The notes below the pieces were generated by a model that was not told the origin of the DNA, did not search any database, and was given only the letters and a program-made list of their open reading frames with translations. Below, piece after piece: positions 29,594 through 32,000 of a stretch of 32,000 bases of DNA (position 1 is its first letter; each line of letters begins with the position of its first letter). Both the position numbers and the translations under genes were made by a program. The DNA lies in NCBI RefSeq assembly GCF_000011805.1, contig NC_006840.2. One strand, written 5' to 3'. This DNA is from Aliivibrio fischeri ES114 (GTDB lineage Bacteria; Pseudomonadota; Gammaproteobacteria; Enterobacterales; Vibrionaceae).

Positions 29594-29702
29594 GTAGGGT
29601 ACAGAGGTAAAGATGTTCTATCTTTCAGACCTTTTGTTTCACGTTATTGAATTTGGCTAAATTCAGCCGCCTCAGTCAACCTTTTTGACTGGGGCGTTTT
29701 TT
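29594..29702 (+). ncRNA. spf: Spot 42 sRNA
   Basis: GTAGGGTACAGAGGTAAAGATGTTCTATCTTTCAGACCTTTT... is almost identical to the 5' half of E. coli Spot 42 as I remember it. The 3' terminator is CCTCAGTCAA / TTGACTGGGG followed by a T-run. The position between polA and engB matches E. coli. Confidence 0.9.
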
Positions 29703-29939
29703 CTTTCTGGCCTTCCAAAAAATCTTATCTGTTTTTTATTTCTTGTAAGTTTCCCACAATATGTAATTTTTATTACACGTTATCGAATTGATAATTTATT
29801 TTATTAATTAACTTAAGTTTTTGATTTTTAGGTGTTAGTTTGATTTTGATTCAATCTTTTTGTCTTTTTTGGGGTTGTTTTTAATCTTATTGATTAAATT
29901 AAAAATAGGCGGGTGGTCGTAGTTTGGATATATAGCGGA

Positions 29940-30026
29940 TTTGTAGCATGATGCGTGGCAGAAAAATAATAACAACCTCTTTATCTCTCCCATTTCCCCA
30001 CCTTAGCTTAAGGTGGGGTTTTTATT
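29940..30026 (+). ncRNA. terminator-defined sRNA candidate downstream of spf
   Basis: A perfect 10-bp GC-rich stem CCCCACCTTA (29995-30004) / TAAGGTGGGG (30008-30017) with loop GCT is followed by TTTTTATTT on the plus strand only. It is preceded by the CU-rich stretch CCTCTTTATCTCTCCC. The 5' end is not defined, and no credible ORF is present. Confidence 0.5.
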
Positions 30027-30084
30027 TGCCTTTCGCAAACTCATTACTAACAGAGTCGCTTAGGGGCAATGGTGCTAAATAAGG

Positions 30085-30732
30085 TTATTCAGCATCCAGA
30101 TCTTCGATGAATTCATCATCTAGTTCAAAAGCAGGCGCAAACCACTCATCTAATTTAGCGCGCAGCTTATCAACACCAATGCCTTTTAAAGATGAAAACG
30201 CATCAACTTCAACTTCGCCACCAAAATCAACAGCAGCTTCACGAACTTTAAGCACTTGTGCTTTACGGGCTCCGCTTTTCAGCTTGTCTGCTTTCGTTAA
30301 TAGGATTTGTACTGGGATATTTTGGTCTACAGCCCAGAAAACAAGTTGTTGGTCGATGTCTTTTAGTGGATGACGAATATCCATTAATACAACCAAACCT
30401 TGTAAACATTGGCGTTTTTGTAGGTATTCACCTAACGATTTCTGCCATTTCTTCTTCATTTCAAGTGGTACTTGAGCGAAACCATATCCCGGTAAATCAA
30501 CGATATGACAGTTTTCTTCAACTTTAAATAAGTTAATAAGCTGAGTACGACCAGGTGTTTTAGAAGTCTTTGCTAGGCTTTTCTGGTTGGTTAAGCGATT
30601 TAATGCGCTTGATTTACCCGCATTAGAACGGCCAGCGAAGGCAACTTCAATACCTTCATCTTCAGGTAGATGGCGAATATCTGGTGCACTCGTAATGAAA
30701 TGCGTCTTTTGGTAGTGAATAGTTTTGCTCAC
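30085..30732 (-). CDS. engB: ribosome biogenesis GTP-binding protein EngB/YihA
   Basis: 215-aa ORF with G1 'GRSNAGKSS', G3 'DLPGYG' and G4 'TKADK', convergent with polA-spf as in E. coli. Confidence 0.94.
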   Translation of the reverse strand: MSKTIHYQKTHFITSAPDIRHLPEDEGIEVAFAGRSNAGKSSALNRLTNQKSLAKTSKTPGRTQLINLFKVEENCHIVDLPGYGFAQVPLEMKKKWQKSLGEYLQKRQCLQGLVVLMDIRHPLKDIDQQLVFWAVDQNIPVQILLTKADKLKSGARKAQVLKVREAAVDFGGEVEVDAFSSLKGIGVDKLRAKLDEWFAPAFELDDEFIEDLDAE

Positions 30733-31020
30733 TGGTTAACTCCGTCTCGACTAAAACCAAGCTGTAGATAATGATCCAAGTTGGATTATTGTAGTCAGCT
30801 GATTACTTTTTTGTGAAAATGTGTAAAATAACCGCATCAAGTTAGTCATTATTAACTTTTTAGTGACAAACTTAGAATGAAAACGGTAAAGGCCGCTCAT
30901 TGTATCATGCTGTAGCCAATTTAGAGCGGTACTGGAAGCTTAATATCCAACACAATGTAAATAAATCTTGTTAAAAAGAGTAACTCATTGTGCAGGAACG
31001 ATAATAATAAATGGAATGTC

Positions 31021-31638
31021 ATGAAAAAATTAGCGCTGATATTAACTCTCCTAGCTAGTTGCTCAACATGGGCTCAAGGAGATATTGAAGCTGGGAAGCA
31101 AAAATCTGCAACATGTGCCGCTTGTCATGGTCAAGAAGGTAACAGTACTCTGACTCAATATCCGAATATTGCAGGCCAACACGCCGGCTATCTTGAGAAG
31201 CAACTTAAAGAATTTAAGTTAGGAATGGAAACTCAAGGTAAGCAAGGTCGTCTCGAGCCAGTAATGAGTGGTATGGCAATGCCATTAACAGAGCAAGATA
31301 TTATGGATTTATCAGCCTATTTTGCCTCGTTACCAATGGCCGACAATACAACACCAGAAGAGGTGATTCCAGAAGGTAAAGCCTTGTATTTAGCGGGTGA
31401 TATGGAGCGTGGTATTACTGCGTGTGTTGCATGTCATGGCCCTCGTGGTAACGGTACATCACTATCTGGCTTCCCTAAAATTTCTGGTCAACATGCTGAT
31501 TATGTGAAAGCGCAACTAGAGAAATTCCGTTCAGCAGATCGTGCAAATGATATGAATGCAATGATGCGTGATATTGCGAAAAAACTGACTGATGAAGACA
31601 TTGATACGTTATCGAAATATGTGGGTGGGCTGCATTAA
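31021..31638 (+). CDS. dihaem cytochrome c4
   Basis: 205 aa counted from the ATG at 31021 (MKKLALILTLLASCSTWAQG signal peptide). It has two haem-binding motifs, CAACH and CVACH, each followed by a distal Met region. The ORF-track start at 30988 is an over-extension. Confidence 0.88.
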   Translation: MKKLALILTLLASCSTWAQGDIEAGKQKSATCAACHGQEGNSTLTQYPNIAGQHAGYLEKQLKEFKLGMETQGKQGRLEPVMSGMAMPLTEQDIMDLSAYFASLPMADNTTPEEVIPEGKALYLAGDMERGITACVACHGPRGNGTSLSGFPKISGQHADYVKAQLEKFRSADRANDMNAMMRDIAKKLTDEDIDTLSKYVGGLH

Positions 31639-31678
31639 TTTAATGTAATTCGCATCATCATTACGTCTAAATTTAAAG

Positions 31679-31704
31679 AAGCAGCTCTTGTAGCTGTTTT
31701 TTTT
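31679..31704 (+). terminator. rho-independent terminator after cytochrome c4
   Basis: Stem (AAG)CAGCT / AGCTG(TTT), a 5-nt loop, then a T8 run. Confidence 0.65.
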
Positions 31705-31792
31705 ATTAAAAAATCGGTTAAAACGATTATCTTTGCACCAGTATCGGGTATACTTCCCGCCCTAGAATTTTCAGGTAGTGGAGTGGGTTCAC

Positions 31793-32000
31793 ATGCAATC
31801 TTGCCCTTTGTGTCAACATTCTAAGGCTGATGATTTCCATCAAGATAAGCGTCGTCGATATTATCGATGCCAGCAATGTCATCTTGTTTATGTGGATGAA
31901 TCAGACCGTTTAGATGCAGAGAACGAAAAAGCTCACTATGACCTCCATGAAAATAATCTTGACGATGAAGGGTATAGAACCTTCTTATCACGATTTGCAG
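31793..32000 (+). CDS. putative SAM-dependent methyltransferase with an N-terminal CxxC...CxxC zinc ribbon (5' part, runs off the window)
   Basis: Open frame from the ATG at 31793, with GGAG 9 nt upstream. My translation is MQSCPLCQHSKADDFHQDKRRRYYRCQQCHLVYVDESDRLDAENEKAHYDLHENNLDDEGYRTFLSRFA... It is absent from the ORF track because no stop codon occurs in the window. The family call is from memory of similar N-termini. Confidence 0.5.
   Translation, partial: MQSCPLCQHSKADDFHQDKRRRYYRCQQCHLVYVDESDRLDAENEKAHYDLHENNLDDEGYRTFLSRFA

Noticed and set aside
29947-30081. 44-aa ORF (MMRGRKIITTSLSLPFPHLSLRWGFYLPFANSLLTESLRGNGAK) spanning the sRNA candidate.
   Set aside because: It has no Shine-Dalgarno sequence, reads straight through a strong intrinsic terminator hairpin, and has low-complexity composition. 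The non-coding interpretation is preferred.

Overview
This window is a housekeeping core-genome stretch of a low-GC gamma-proteobacterium. By protein similarity and gene order it is most likely a Vibrionaceae (Aliivibrio/Vibrio-like) large chromosome; this is an inference, as no search was run. The gene order is: hemB; gppA-rhlB (minus strand); trxA-rho; a secreted orphan protein; ubiD, a 2Fe-2S ferredoxin and fre; hemCDXY (minus strand) divergent from cyaA; uvrD; rarD (minus strand) divergent from recQ plus a coupled small ORF; glpT (minus strand) divergent from yhhQ; ryhB; polA, spf and a second sRNA-like unit; engB (minus strand) divergent from cytochrome c4; and a partial methyltransferase. 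This layout closely follows the E. coli gppA-rhlB-trxA-rho, ubiD-fre, hemCDXY/cyaA and polA-spf-yihA neighbourhoods. I found no transposase, integrase, CRISPR array, tRNA/rRNA gene, toxin-antitoxin pair or defence-type gene cluster, and I do not see convincing evidence for a new multi-gene system here. The most interesting content lies outside the ORF track. It includes RyhB with a Fur box, Spot 42, and a terminator-defined sRNA candidate downstream of spf. It also includes a preQ1-I-like riboswitch in front of yhhQ and a DnaA-box/phased-GATC cluster upstream of polA. Further items are an untracked 55-aa zinc-ribbon ORF in an AT-rich spacer, an internal domain duplication that lengthens UbiD by about 117 aa, a stand-alone ferredoxin inserted into the ubiD-fre pair, and heptamer tandem repeats in the hemB/gppA spacer. 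Several ORF-track starts are over-extended and have been corrected (trxA, rho, uvrD, rarD, cytochrome c4).
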